36,054 nucleotides of DNA, taken from Candidatus Krumholzibacteriia bacterium (GTDB taxonomy: Bacteria > Krumholzibacteriota > Krumholzibacteriia > LZORAL124-64-63). This document shows positions 1-8,194 of the stretch, in pieces. The notes below the pieces were generated by a model that saw only the letters and a list, made by a program, of their open reading frames with translations, was not told where the DNA came from and made no database searches. The translations under genes were made by a program, and so were the position numbers. Numbering within the stretch: position 1 is the first letter of the stretch; each line of letters starts with the position of its first letter. The stretch lies in NCBI GenBank assembly GCA_036351155.1, contig JAZBOO010000025.1, forward strand, positions 1 to 36,054, read 5' to 3'.

Positions 1-1
1 G

Positions 2-364
2 ATGGCGGCCGCCAACGGCTTCATGGCCGTGGCCATGGGGGCCTTCGGGGCCCACGGCTTGAAGAAACAACTGGCCGCCCTGCCCGACCTGGCCCAGAGG
101 CTGGAGTGGTGGGAAACGGCTGCTCGCTATCAGATGTACCATGCCCTGGCGCTGGGTTTGCTGGCCGTGCTGGCCACCCGGGTCAACTGGAGCGGGATCA
201 CCGCCGCCGGCTGGGCTTTTCAGCTGGGTATCCTGGTCTTTTCGGGCAGCCTGTATGTCATGACCTTGAGCGGATGGCAAAAGCTGGGCGCGGTCACTCC
301 CCTGGGTGGCCTGGGGTTGCTGGTGGGCTGGGTTTTACTTTTCCTGGCGGCGGCCAGGCGGTAA
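2..364 (+). CDS. DUF423 (YgdD/TMEM256) family small membrane protein, possibly 5'-truncated at window edge
   Basis: GAFGAHGL, TAARYQMYHAL, FSGSLY and GAVTPLGG motifs; four hydrophobic helices. Confidence 0.9.
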   Translation: MAAANGFMAVAMGAFGAHGLKKQLAALPDLAQRLEWWETAARYQMYHALALGLLAVLATRVNWSGITAAGWAFQLGILVFSGSLYVMTLSGWQKLGAVTPLGGLGLLVGWVLLFLAAARR

Positions 365-424
365 AAATTCACCGTTCTGGGTTGGCGGAGAATTTTTTTG
401 CCAAGTTATTAAATTGGTGTTTTC

Positions 425-829
425 ATGTCCAAAATAACTGAATCTATTCCAGAATGTGGAGGGTCTCCTTTGCATACAATAAAAGATTGCGGCGCTTACA
501 TCCGGGTGGATATCGAAGGAACTGATTCCCGGGTCATTATCGAGGGAATCAAGGCCGCCTACGCCCTGCCCGACTATCAGTCTCGCTACTCCCTCTGGGT
601 TTTCGGTCCGGAAAGTTTCCGGGTCCAGATGGGGGAACTCCTGGAGATCGCCCAGTTCATCCGCAAGAGCTATAGTCGGACCAGCGCTCGCACCCGCCGG
701 GCCATGGTGATTCCCCCGGGTTTGAATGCCGGCTTTGCTCGGGTCTGGTCCGAGATGGTCACCAACTTGCCGTTTGATCTCAAGATTTTCCACGAGCTGG
801 AGGAAGCCGAGGTGTGGTTGCGGAACTGA
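425..829 (+). CDS. Hypothetical protein, SpoIIAA/STAS-SEC14-like fold
   Basis: 134 aa; 'RRAMVIP' and C-terminal 'KIFHELEEAEVWL' pattern typical of SpoIIAA-like proteins. Confidence 0.55.
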   Translation: MSKITESIPECGGSPLHTIKDCGAYIRVDIEGTDSRVIIEGIKAAYALPDYQSRYSLWVFGPESFRVQMGELLEIAQFIRKSYSRTSARTRRAMVIPPGLNAGFARVWSEMVTNLPFDLKIFHELEEAEVWLRN

Positions 830-918
830 GGCTTCCTGTCCTGGCCTTTGACTGGCCCGCCCGGCCTCCCTATCAATAAATGGAGGGTTCGCGTGGATTG
901 GCTCAAAGGGGGATGGCC

Positions 919-2478
919 ATGTTCGTGTCCGGTGCTGCTGCCAGACGATTTCTGCTCTGCTGTTTCTTCCTCTTCATTTTCGGCACTATTTTCCACTGTC
1001 CGTTCAGCCTGGCTGCCGTGCCTCCGGAGCTGTCCTGGGTTCAGCTACAGGAGGCAGACCTGGCGGCCTTTGAAGGCTTGAGCGACAAGGAGCGCGACCG
1101 GCGACGCAAAGAAGCGGAGGAGCTGGTTTCCCGGATGGAGGAGACCAGCGCGGCACCGGTCCGCTTGACCTTGCTTCAGGGGGCGATCAGGGCAAATCCA
1201 GCCGAGCCTCTGCACTGGTTGAAGGTGGCAGAGCTCTGCCGGGAAATGGGAGAAAAAGAGGCCGCACGGGCGGCGCTGGCCTCGGCGCGCAGCCTGTTCA
1301 ATGGGACCCGCGGACAGCACCGGAAAGACTGTGTGCGCGAATATTCCCTGACCCTGGCCTGGCTGGAGTACGAGCTGGGCAACTGGAACGAGGGTGCCGC
1401 CTGGGGAGCCAAGGCCAGGGAAGCGGGGGCCGGACTTCAGGGGGTGCTGGTCGAAACCCTGAACCTCGCCAACCGTCCCCTGACCCAGCAGGAGTTCAAC
1501 GGGCACCTGTACGAGTTTCTCCCCTGGAGCGAAGCCGGAAGCAACCGCGGGGCCGACGCCATGTGGTGCATGTTCATCTGGTTCCATCTGCACAATGTTT
1601 TCTGGGAAGAGGAGCCTGTCACGAACTGGGCCTACAAGGATCCCAAGCTGGATCAGAACCATCTGGTGCGGTGGCGGGATCTGGGGATGATCTGTGAAAC
1701 CAACCACAAGGGAAGTGTGGCTCGTGTGTTTTACGAGAAAAGTTTCCAGGCCATTCCGGGCCGTGAAGGAGGGTGGCTGACGCGCATTGACCGCACCTTG
1801 CCGGGGTTCCCCTCCAACCTGGGGCCCATGCCGGTCTGGGTGAACACCAATGAGGCCTTCGTGACCGGGTCCCTGTATGGCTATGCCGATTACTGCTGCC
1901 ACAAGCTGGAGATCAACACGGATCCCGGCCGGCGGGCGATCTGGGCCGAACGTTTGCTGACCACCGCCGCCGCATGCCGTCACCGCTACCACGATTTGCC
2001 CTGGTTACTGTACTGGCGCGGGGTGGCTTTCATGGCGGTGGGTGAGAATCGTGAAGCCGAGGGCGAGTTCCTGAATGCCCGGGACGAGTTCGAGCGCCTC
2101 GGTTCTTTTGAACCGCGATTGAACCCCGCCCATGCGCATTTGCTCATGCGAAAAAAGAAGTACACCAGAGCTGCGCCCATGCTGGAACAGGGGGTTCGGG
2201 ATTTTCCAACCGACGCTGTTTGCTGGGGCGACCTGGGGGTGGTGCGCGTTTATCAGGGACGACAGGAAGAGGCCCGGGATGCCTTCGATCGGTCCCTGGA
2301 GCTGAACCCGGGCAATGCCGCCGTGTGGCGCAATCGCAGCTTGCTGAGCCTTCAGCAAGCCCGGTGGCAGGCGGCCCTGGAGGATATGCGGCAAGCTTCT
2401 CTGCTGGAGCCGGAGGATGTCCAGATCCAGGCCGAGCTGGCGCAGATCACGGCCAAGGTCCAGGCCTCCAGCAAATAG
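919..2478 (+). CDS. Exported tetratricopeptide repeat protein
   Basis: Hydrophobic N-terminal signal; C-terminal TPRs (WGDLGVV...A...F..SLELNPGNAAVWRNR); AAAGGGGG upstream of ATG 919 (alternative ATG 913). Confidence 0.75.
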   Translation: MFVSGAAARRFLLCCFFLFIFGTIFHCPFSLAAVPPELSWVQLQEADLAAFEGLSDKERDRRRKEAEELVSRMEETSAAPVRLTLLQGAIRANPAEPLHWLKVAELCREMGEKEAARAALASARSLFNGTRGQHRKDCVREYSLTLAWLEYELGNWNEGAAWGAKAREAGAGLQGVLVETLNLANRPLTQQEFNGHLYEFLPWSEAGSNRGADAMWCMFIWFHLHNVFWEEEPVTNWAYKDPKLDQNHLVRWRDLGMICETNHKGSVARVFYEKSFQAIPGREGGWLTRIDRTLPGFPSNLGPMPVWVNTNEAFVTGSLYGYADYCCHKLEINTDPGRRAIWAERLLTTAAACRHRYHDLPWLLYWRGVAFMAVGENREAEGEFLNARDEFERLGSFEPRLNPAHAHLLMRKKKYTRAAPMLEQGVRDFPTDAVCWGDLGVVRVYQGRQEEARDAFDRSLELNPGNAAVWRNRSLLSLQQARWQAALEDMRQASLLEPEDVQIQAELAQITAKVQASSK

Positions 2479-2502
2479 CCGGCCCGGATGTCCCGGGCCG
2501 GC
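2478..2502. terminator. GC-rich hairpin between convergent TPR and dps genes
   Basis: gccggcccgg-atgtc-ccgggccggc perfect 10-bp stem; no U-tract. Confidence 0.5.
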
Positions 2503-2523
2503 CTCGTGTGTGATGACGGAGAC

Positions 2524-2964
2524 CTACTCGGCCAGGAAGGCGTCCAGCATCCAGATCTCCTTGTCCAGGGCATCGGCAATGGGGTCCAGCAGGCCCACGC
2601 TGCCGCGGTCCCCGGCCTCCTCGGCCTGATCCACGGCACTGCGGATCTTGCTCCGGAAGCTGTTCAGTTCGCTGCGCAATTCGATCACCATGTCGCTGGC
2701 GGCGGGCACAGCGTTGCTTTCCTTCACGCTACTGATTTCCAGAGCCTGCTTCAGCGAGGCCAGGGGCTCTCCGCCGATCATGAGGATGCGCTCGGCCACC
2801 TCGTCGCTGACGCCGGCAAAGTGGTTGTACATCTCCTCGAACTTGGCGTGGAGCTGAAAGAATCCGCGGCCCTGCACGCGCCAGTGGAAGTGGTGCAGCT
2901 TCTGGTACAGGACAATGGAGTCGGCGAGGATTTCGTTCAGGCTGTTGATGACGTTGGCGTTCAT
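2524..2964 (-). CDS. dps: DNA starvation/stationary phase protection protein Dps
   Basis: KLHHFHWRVQG, FFQLHAKFEEMY, DEVAERILMIGG and KEIWML motifs; AAGGAAAGGGAAG upstream of ATG 2964. Confidence 0.95.
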   Translation of the reverse strand: MNANVINSLNEILADSIVLYQKLHHFHWRVQGRGFFQLHAKFEEMYNHFAGVSDEVAERILMIGGEPLASLKQALEISSVKESNAVPAASDMVIELRSELNSFRSKIRSAVDQAEEAGDRGSVGLLDPIADALDKEIWMLDAFLAE

Positions 2965-3022
2965 GGTCTTCCCTTTCCTTGTGCCCGGAGGCGTGATGGG
3001 TGCTGGTGTATGTTCTCTGTAT

Positions 3023-3038
3023 TGCAGGGGGCGTGCCA
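3023..3038 (-). promoter_or_regulatory. Sigma54 (-24/-12) promoter of dps
   Basis: Minus strand TGGCACG-CCCC-CTGCA versus consensus TGGCACG-N4-TTGCW, exact GG/GC spacing. Confidence 0.7.
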
Positions 3039-3064
3039 GGCAGTGAAAGGAAATTTGTGTTGCC

Positions 3065-3077
3065 AATAAATGAGTTA
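3065..3077. promoter_or_regulatory. Putative IHF binding site
   Basis: AATAAATGAGTTA versus WATCAANNNNTTR (one mismatch), just upstream of the sigma54 site. Confidence 0.45.
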
Positions 3078-3223
3078 GCGTGGCATACCCAATTGAGAAA
3101 CTAAATACCGGTGCCCGTTTGTACCTTTATATCGTTGAGAGCGATATTTCGGTGGTTGGCGGTTGGGTAGGCAGGTGTTACGTTCCCGGCAACATCACCC
3201 CTTTTCCAGGAGAACAGAAAACC

Positions 3224-3892
3224 ATGAGAATCTTCACGAAAACCCTGGCCTGGCTGGTCCTGGCGCTGGCCTGTTTCGCCGCAGGCCCCGCTCTGGCCGA
3301 TGACCTGAATGATCTGGTCAAAATGATGTGGGGATCCTTCAGCAGCGCGGAACAGGCGGCCGCCGATCCCGACAACTACTGGGACATTCGCCTGGAAATG
3401 AAGCCCATCTGGACCGATCGCACTGATCCTTCCGAAGGCCACTGGATGTACGTGGAGCAAGCGGCGGCCAGCAGCCTGGACAAGCCCTACAGACAGCGCG
3501 TGTACCACGTGACCCAGGTGGAGGACAACCTGTTCGAAAGTGCAGTTTACGCTCTGCCCGATCCCGAGGCCGCCATCGGGGCCTGGAAAATGGACGCGCC
3601 CCTGGCCCAGTGGGGTCCCGATGACCTGGAAGTGCGCATCGGGTGCAGCGTGTTTCTGGCCCGCCAGGAGGACGGCTCGTTTCAGGGCAGCACCCGGGAC
3701 AAGGAGTGCACCAGCAGTCTGGGCGGGGCCACTTACGCCACCAGTGAAATCGTGATCCAGACCGATCGAATCGTGAGCTGGGACCGGGGCTTCAATGACC
3801 AGGACAAGCATGTCTGGGGCGCCGAGAAAGGCGGATACGTTTTCCTGAAATCGTCACCTCCGGGCCCAGTCGTTAACCCTCGGATGGAATAG
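3224..3892 (+). CDS. CpcT/CpeT family (chromophore lyase-like) protein with signal peptide
   Basis: GSFSSAEQA, YVEQA, PYRQRVY, GATYATSE and SWDRGF...VWG motifs; AGGAGAA upstream of ATG 3224. Confidence 0.88.
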   Translation: MRIFTKTLAWLVLALACFAAGPALADDLNDLVKMMWGSFSSAEQAAADPDNYWDIRLEMKPIWTDRTDPSEGHWMYVEQAAASSLDKPYRQRVYHVTQVEDNLFESAVYALPDPEAAIGAWKMDAPLAQWGPDDLEVRIGCSVFLARQEDGSFQGSTRDKECTSSLGGATYATSEIVIQTDRIVSWDRGFNDQDKHVWGAEKGGYVFLKSSPPGPVVNPRME

Positions 3893-3912
3893 CATTGGGA
3901 AATCTTTCCACC

Positions 3913-4629
3913 ATGGGAGTTTTGGATCTGGCCGTCTTGCTGGTGCTGGTGGTGGCCGTGCCCCTTTCCGGGGTCCTGGAATTCCGTTTACTCAACCGCT
4001 GGATCAGGGCGGGCCGCACCCAGGCCCGCCTGCGTTTTTACGCCTGGGTGATCGGCTTTGAATGGGCTCTGACCCTGGGCTTGCTGGTCGGCTGGTTCAA
4101 TCAGAACCGGGGGCTCGAGCCTCTGGGGCTGGTTCCTGCCGTGTCCGAGTTCCAGTGGCTGGCGGTGGTCGCCGGGCTGGGATTGACCTACCTGGTCATC
4201 ATGCAGATGAACGCGGTGCTGGAAGATGATGAAGCTTTGGATAAGGTGCAGAGCGAGCTGGACAAGCTGTCCCGCCTGGCTCCCCGGACGGACACTGAGC
4301 AGCAGATGTTCCTCTGGCTGTCCGTCACCGCCGGCATCTGCGAGGAAATCCTTTACCGGGGACTGCTCATGAGCGTGCTGACTCCTCTGCTGGGCTGGTT
4401 TCCGGCCTTGCTCACCGTGGCGGTGATCTTCGGCCTGGGCCATGCCTATCAGGGGTGGGAAGGGATGGGGAAGACCGCTCTGGTGGGGCTGGCTCTGGGG
4501 CTTCTGGCCTGGTTCAGCGGGTCCTTGTACGTGGGCATGATTCTCCATGCCGTGCTTGATCTGACCAGCGGGCGCATTTTGCAGGCCGCCTGGCTGCATC
4601 GGGTGGGCGGGATTTACCTGGATGAATAG
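3913..4629 (+). CDS. CPBP (CAAX/Abi) family intramembrane glutamic endopeptidase
   Basis: EEILYRG, FGLGHAYQG and HAVLD motifs; multiple TM segments; start uncertain (3895 or 3913). Confidence 0.92.
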   Translation: MGVLDLAVLLVLVVAVPLSGVLEFRLLNRWIRAGRTQARLRFYAWVIGFEWALTLGLLVGWFNQNRGLEPLGLVPAVSEFQWLAVVAGLGLTYLVIMQMNAVLEDDEALDKVQSELDKLSRLAPRTDTEQQMFLWLSVTAGICEEILYRGLLMSVLTPLLGWFPALLTVAVIFGLGHAYQGWEGMGKTALVGLALGLLAWFSGSLYVGMILHAVLDLTSGRILQAAWLHRVGGIYLDE

Positions 4630-4679
4630 TGTGGGTTGGGCTAGGTTCGATTCCACCCTGAACCCAAGGAGAGGTTGTC

Positions 4680-4937
4680 ATGAAAAAGATCCTGGTACTG
4701 ATGGGCCTGCTGGCCCTGCTGCTGGCCGCCGGTTGCGGTGGCGGAGATGAGACCGCCGCGGACAAGGTCGAAGCCGCCGCCGAAGACGCGCAGGTGGCGA
4801 CCCACGATTGTGACGGCGGATGCGGAATGAAGGCCGTTCCCGTGGATCAGCTGACCGAAAAGGACGGCAAATTCTATTGCGCCGGCTGCCTCAAGAAGGT
4901 GGAAGAAGAAGACCATTCTGGTCACAACCACGGCTAG
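4680..4937 (+). CDS. Small lipoprotein with Cys/His metal-binding motif (YHS/TRASH-like)
   Basis: AAGGAGAGG RBS; lipobox LAAGC; HDCDGGCGM...FYCAGC...HSGHNHG. Confidence 0.75.
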   Translation: MKKILVLMGLLALLLAAGCGGGDETAADKVEAAAEDAQVATHDCDGGCGMKAVPVDQLTEKDGKFYCAGCLKKVEEEDHSGHNHG

Positions 4938-4960
4938 ATTCCCTCGATCACCAGATAGCA

Positions 4961-4989
4961 AAAGGGCCCGGGAAAATCCCGGGCCCTTT
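4961..4989. terminator. Bidirectional intrinsic terminator
   Basis: aaagggcccggga-aaa-tcccgggcccttt between convergent genes. Confidence 0.85.
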
Positions 4990-5009
4990 GACTGTTTGCC
5001 GAGCTGGGA

Positions 5010-6383
5010 TTACCGCTCCAGCATCCTCCGCTTTTCGATCACACGCTTCAGGTCGTCGGGGTTCAGGACCTTGAACTCCACACGGCGGTTGGCCGCACGA
5101 CCCTCGACGGTCTCGTTGTTGGCCACGGGGTTTTCTTCGCCATAACCCACCACGGTGTACTGGGTCGTGTCGATCTCCGGGTAGTTGGCCGTCAGGTAAT
5201 CCAGGACCGACTGCGCACGCTGCTGGGACAGCTTCTGGTTGAAGGCAGCCGAGCCGCTGCTGTCGGTGTGACCACCGATTTCCAGCTTCAGTTCCGGCCA
5301 GCGGGACAGGGTTTCGCCGATCTCTTGCAGGACGGCAGTGTCACCCATATCCAGGTCGGCAGAGCTGGTGGCGAACACAACCTTGTTGGTGGAGATCGTG
5401 CCGGTGTCCAGCAGCTGCACCTCGGTGTCCGTCACTGCGATGGGGCAACCGTTGATGTCCACCTGCAGGTTGGTGTCTGTGTCAGGACACTGGTCCAGAC
5501 CGTCGAAGACGCCGTCCTGGTCACTGTCCAGGGGGCAGCCCTTGCGGTCGACCATGGCGCCGGTCGGGGTGTTGGCGCAGGTGTCCAGACCGTCCAGGAC
5601 GCCGTCGCCGTCACTGTCCGAGGGGCAGCCATAGCTGTCCACGGTGGCTCCGCGGGGGGTGTCCTCGCAGCTGTCCAGGCCGTCGTACACGCCGTCACCG
5701 TCGCTGTCCACGGGGCAGCCCGTGGCGTCGACCACAGCACCCTTGGGGGTGTCGGGGCAGGCATCGTGCTTGTCCAGGACGCCATCGCCATCGGTGTCCT
5801 TGCTGCTCTTGCCAAAGGCGAACTGCAGGCCTGCCGAGGCGATCAGGTTGTGCGTCCAGCCGCCGTCGTTGGGGAAGTCGGGCGTCAGGTCGGTCATCAC
5901 GTCACGCAGTTCCAGGCGCAGGGCACGGTGGTTGGCGTTGTCGCCCCACAGCTTGGCCTTGATGCCGGCACCAAATTCGCCGCCGTTCAGGGCCCGGGAA
6001 ATTCCGTCGTCCTCGGCTTCGTAATCGAACTGGGCCCAGCCGGCAGTGATGTAGGGGGTGACTTTGCGAGAAGGCATCAGATCGGCCACCAGGTCCACTC
6101 CGTAGTGGGTCAAGTCCACGCCCACGGCGTCGGTTTCCCGATCACCGCTGCTCATTCCGTAGGTTCCCTCCAGGGACAGCCAACGCAGGAAATGGATGGC
6201 CCCCCGGCCTCCATAAACCATGCTGTCTTCAACGCCCAGGTCCTGGCTCCAGAGTCCCCAACCCACGTAAGGGGTGAGCGAAACCAGGGGTTTTCCCTCG
6301 TCCTGGACCTCGGCCTGGGCCTGAGGTACAGTGATGCTGACCAGCATCAACAACAAAACCAAAGCCTTGTGAGTCGCTTTCAT
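5010..6383 (-). CDS. OmpA family outer membrane protein (beta-barrel, TSP3-like repeats, OmpA C-terminal domain)
   Basis: Signal peptide; barrel-like N-terminus; GHTDSSG, NQKLSQQRAQSV and NRRVE; AAGGAG upstream of ATG 6383. Confidence 0.93.
   Translation of the reverse strand: MKATHKALVLLLMLVSITVPQAQAEVQDEGKPLVSLTPYVGWGLWSQDLGVEDSMVYGGRGAIHFLRWLSLEGTYGMSSGDRETDAVGVDLTHYGVDLVADLMPSRKVTPYITAGWAQFDYEAEDDGISRALNGGEFGAGIKAKLWGDNANHRALRLELRDVMTDLTPDFPNDGGWTHNLIASAGLQFAFGKSSKDTDGDGVLDKHDACPDTPKGAVVDATGCPVDSDGDGVYDGLDSCEDTPRGATVDSYGCPSDSDGDGVLDGLDTCANTPTGAMVDRKGCPLDSDQDGVFDGLDQCPDTDTNLQVDINGCPIAVTDTEVQLLDTGTISTNKVVFATSSADLDMGDTAVLQEIGETLSRWPELKLEIGGHTDSSGSAAFNQKLSQQRAQSVLDYLTANYPEIDTTQYTVVGYGEENPVANNETVEGRAANRRVEFKVLNPDDLKRVIEKRRMLER
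5442..5798 (-). repeat. Four 30-aa (90-bp) thrombospondin type 3-like Ca-binding repeats within OmpA
   Basis: D(S/T)DxDGVxDxxDxCxxT...VDxxGCP repeated four times. Confidence 0.9.
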
Positions 6384-6447
6384 CTCAAGCTCCTTTTGTG
6401 TGATCCCATGATCATTGAAAGTGGTTTTCCCCGTTCCAACAACCATA

Positions 6448-6474
6448 AGACCCGAGGTTCGAGGAAAAGTCACA
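6448..6474 (-). promoter_or_regulatory. Putative ECF sigma promoter of ompA
   Basis: Minus strand TGTGACTTT-N14-GTCT; same 9-mer recurs upstream of the divergent sigma gene. Confidence 0.5.
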
Positions 6475-6531
6475 TATAATCGAGATTTTTTTCATCGCAA
6501 AAAAAGACTAGAATATCCGCTCTTCAAATTG

Positions 6532-6559
6532 TGTGACTTTGCAGACAAATGGAGTGTCC
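6532..6559 (+). promoter_or_regulatory. Putative autoregulatory ECF promoter
   Basis: TGTGACTTT-N15-GTCC ending 3 nt before in-frame TTG 6563. Confidence 0.45.
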
Positions 6560-6562
6560 AGA

Positions 6563-7135
6563 TTGGGTAGCAGCGGAGAAACCGACGAAATCCTGGTCGC
6601 ACAGGCCTGCCAGGCCCCGCCCGGCGATCTGCGGGCCTTCAATGAACTGATGCACCGGCACCAGTCCAGGGTGCAGACCAACTGTCGGTATCTCAGCGGC
6701 AACGAGGAAGATGCCCTGGATCTGGCTCAGGAAGTCCTGGTGAAGGCCTATTTCAATCTGGACCGCTTCGAGGGACGCAGCACCTTCGGAACCTGGATCG
6801 GGCGTATCAAGGTGAATCACTGCTTGAATCACCTGCGACGCACCAAGGGCAAGGATTTCATCGACGTGGATGAACCGGCCCTGGAAAGCGAACCGGCACT
6901 GCACAGCACGGCCCGGGCCGATGCGCGGGTTCATACCCGGGACACCCGGGGGCGAATCAGCGAGGTGCTCGACGGCATGTCGGACAGTCTGCGGTTGCCG
7001 CTGTTGATGCGTGATATGGACGGCCTGTCGTATCAAGAAATTGCCGACGAGCTGGGGGTAGGACTGTCGGCCGTGAAAATGCGGATCAAGCGGGCCCGCG
7101 AAGAGTTCCGCATCGCCTACGGGCAGGGAGAGTGA
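6563..7135 (+). CDS. ECF RNA polymerase sigma factor
   Basis: DALDLAQEVLVKAY, FGTWIGRIKVNHCLN and LSYQEIADELGVGLSAVKMRIKRAR; start TTG 6563 (alternative GTG 6533). Confidence 0.93.
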   Translation: MGSSGETDEILVAQACQAPPGDLRAFNELMHRHQSRVQTNCRYLSGNEEDALDLAQEVLVKAYFNLDRFEGRSTFGTWIGRIKVNHCLNHLRRTKGKDFIDVDEPALESEPALHSTARADARVHTRDTRGRISEVLDGMSDSLRLPLLMRDMDGLSYQEIADELGVGLSAVKMRIKRAREEFRIAYGQGE

Positions 7136-7136
7136 C

Positions 7137-7379
7137 ATGACCGACGAACCTCGCCAGGATCAGGACGAACCCTTGCGGGAGCTCCGGGAGCTGGCCGTCG
7201 ATCCGCATCCCTCCCTGGAAGGCCGGGTCCACCGGGATATCAACCGGCGCACTCTGGCTGCGAACAGTCTGGAATTTTCCCTGAATGTCCTGGTCAGCAC
7301 GGCCTGGGAACACTTGCGATCGATCATCGATGCATGGCCCGGTACGCACAAGCCGGAGGAAGAGGATACCGATGGATAA
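7137..7379 (+). CDS. Small hypothetical protein, possible anti-sigma factor
   Basis: 80 aa, starts 1 nt after sigma stop and overlaps the next start. Confidence 0.65.
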   Translation: MTDEPRQDQDEPLRELRELAVDPHPSLEGRVHRDINRRTLAANSLEFSLNVLVSTAWEHLRSIIDAWPGTHKPEEEDTDG

Positions 7380-8193
7380 CGAATTCTCGCCCACTTCAGC
7401 GCTGCAATCGGTGCTGGATTCCCTGACCTCGGCTGTGGCGGGTTTCCTGCCCAAGTTCCTGACCGGGCTGGGAATTTTCCTGGTCGGGTTCATCCTGGCC
7501 AAGGTGGCGGCCAAGGCCATCCGCACGGCCTTTGACAAGTTCCGGATCAACGACCTGCTGGGGCGCGTGGGGCTGACCGACACCCTGGGCAAGGTGGGGC
7601 TGCAGGATTCGCCGGGAAATCTGCTGGCCAAGCTGGCCTACTACCTCATTCTGGCCCTGTTCATTCAGAGCGCCGCCCAGGCTGTGGGGCTGGCGGCGGT
7701 GTCAGACGCCATCACGGCGTTCTTCAGCTATCTGCCCAATCTGCTCGCCGCCTCGCTGGTTCTGCTGGTGGGGATGCTGGTGGCCCAGTTCGCCGGCGGG
7801 GCGGTCACCCGCTCGGCCCGAAATAGTGGTGTCGAGTTCGCCCCTATCCTGGGACGCCTGGTGTCGTCGCTGATCGTCTTTGTGGTGGGACTGATGGCCG
7901 TCACCCAGCTTCAAATCGACACGGCCATCATCCGCATGGTGGTCATGATTCTGCTGTCTGGGGTCAGTCTGGCCCTGGCGCTCACCTTCGGTCTGGGTTC
8001 GCGGGACATCACCCGCAACCTGGTGGCGGGGTACTACGCGCGGAAGATCTTCGAGCCAGGCCGGAAAATCAGCATCCGGGGTGAGGAAAAGATCCTGGCC
8101 GGTATTGCGCCGGTGCATGCGTTGCTGGAAAAAGACGGGGAAGTGACCACGGTGCCCAACAAGGTGTTCCTGGAAGAGGCTGTGAAACAATAA
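7372..8193 (+). CDS. Small-conductance mechanosensitive channel-related protein (CmpX/TM_helix plus MscS-like C-terminus)
   Basis: Two 'xLPxxLxxxxxLxVG' TM-helix repeats; ALTFGLGSRDITRNLVAG; VPN; GGAGAAGAGG upstream. Confidence 0.85.
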   Translation: MDNEFSPTSALQSVLDSLTSAVAGFLPKFLTGLGIFLVGFILAKVAAKAIRTAFDKFRINDLLGRVGLTDTLGKVGLQDSPGNLLAKLAYYLILALFIQSAAQAVGLAAVSDAITAFFSYLPNLLAASLVLLVGMLVAQFAGGAVTRSARNSGVEFAPILGRLVSSLIVFVVGLMAVTQLQIDTAIIRMVVMILLSGVSLALALTFGLGSRDITRNLVAGYYARKIFEPGRKISIRGEEKILAGIAPVHALLEKDGEVTTVPNKVFLEEAVKQ

Positions 8194-8194
8194 A

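Noticed and set aside
4630..4666. GGTTCGATTCC resembling a tRNA T-loop
   Set aside because: T-stem does not pair (ctagg/ccacc); no D-arm, anticodon arm or acceptor stem; intergenic space too short
5442..5798. Roughly 90-bp periodic DNA repeats as a possible CRISPR array
   Set aside because: Degenerate, in-frame protein repeats (TSP3-like) inside OmpA; no cas genes
6532..6547. CRP-like site TGTGA-N6-AGACA
   Set aside because: Second half-site is poor and absent in the sister copy; the ECF promoter reading fits both copies better
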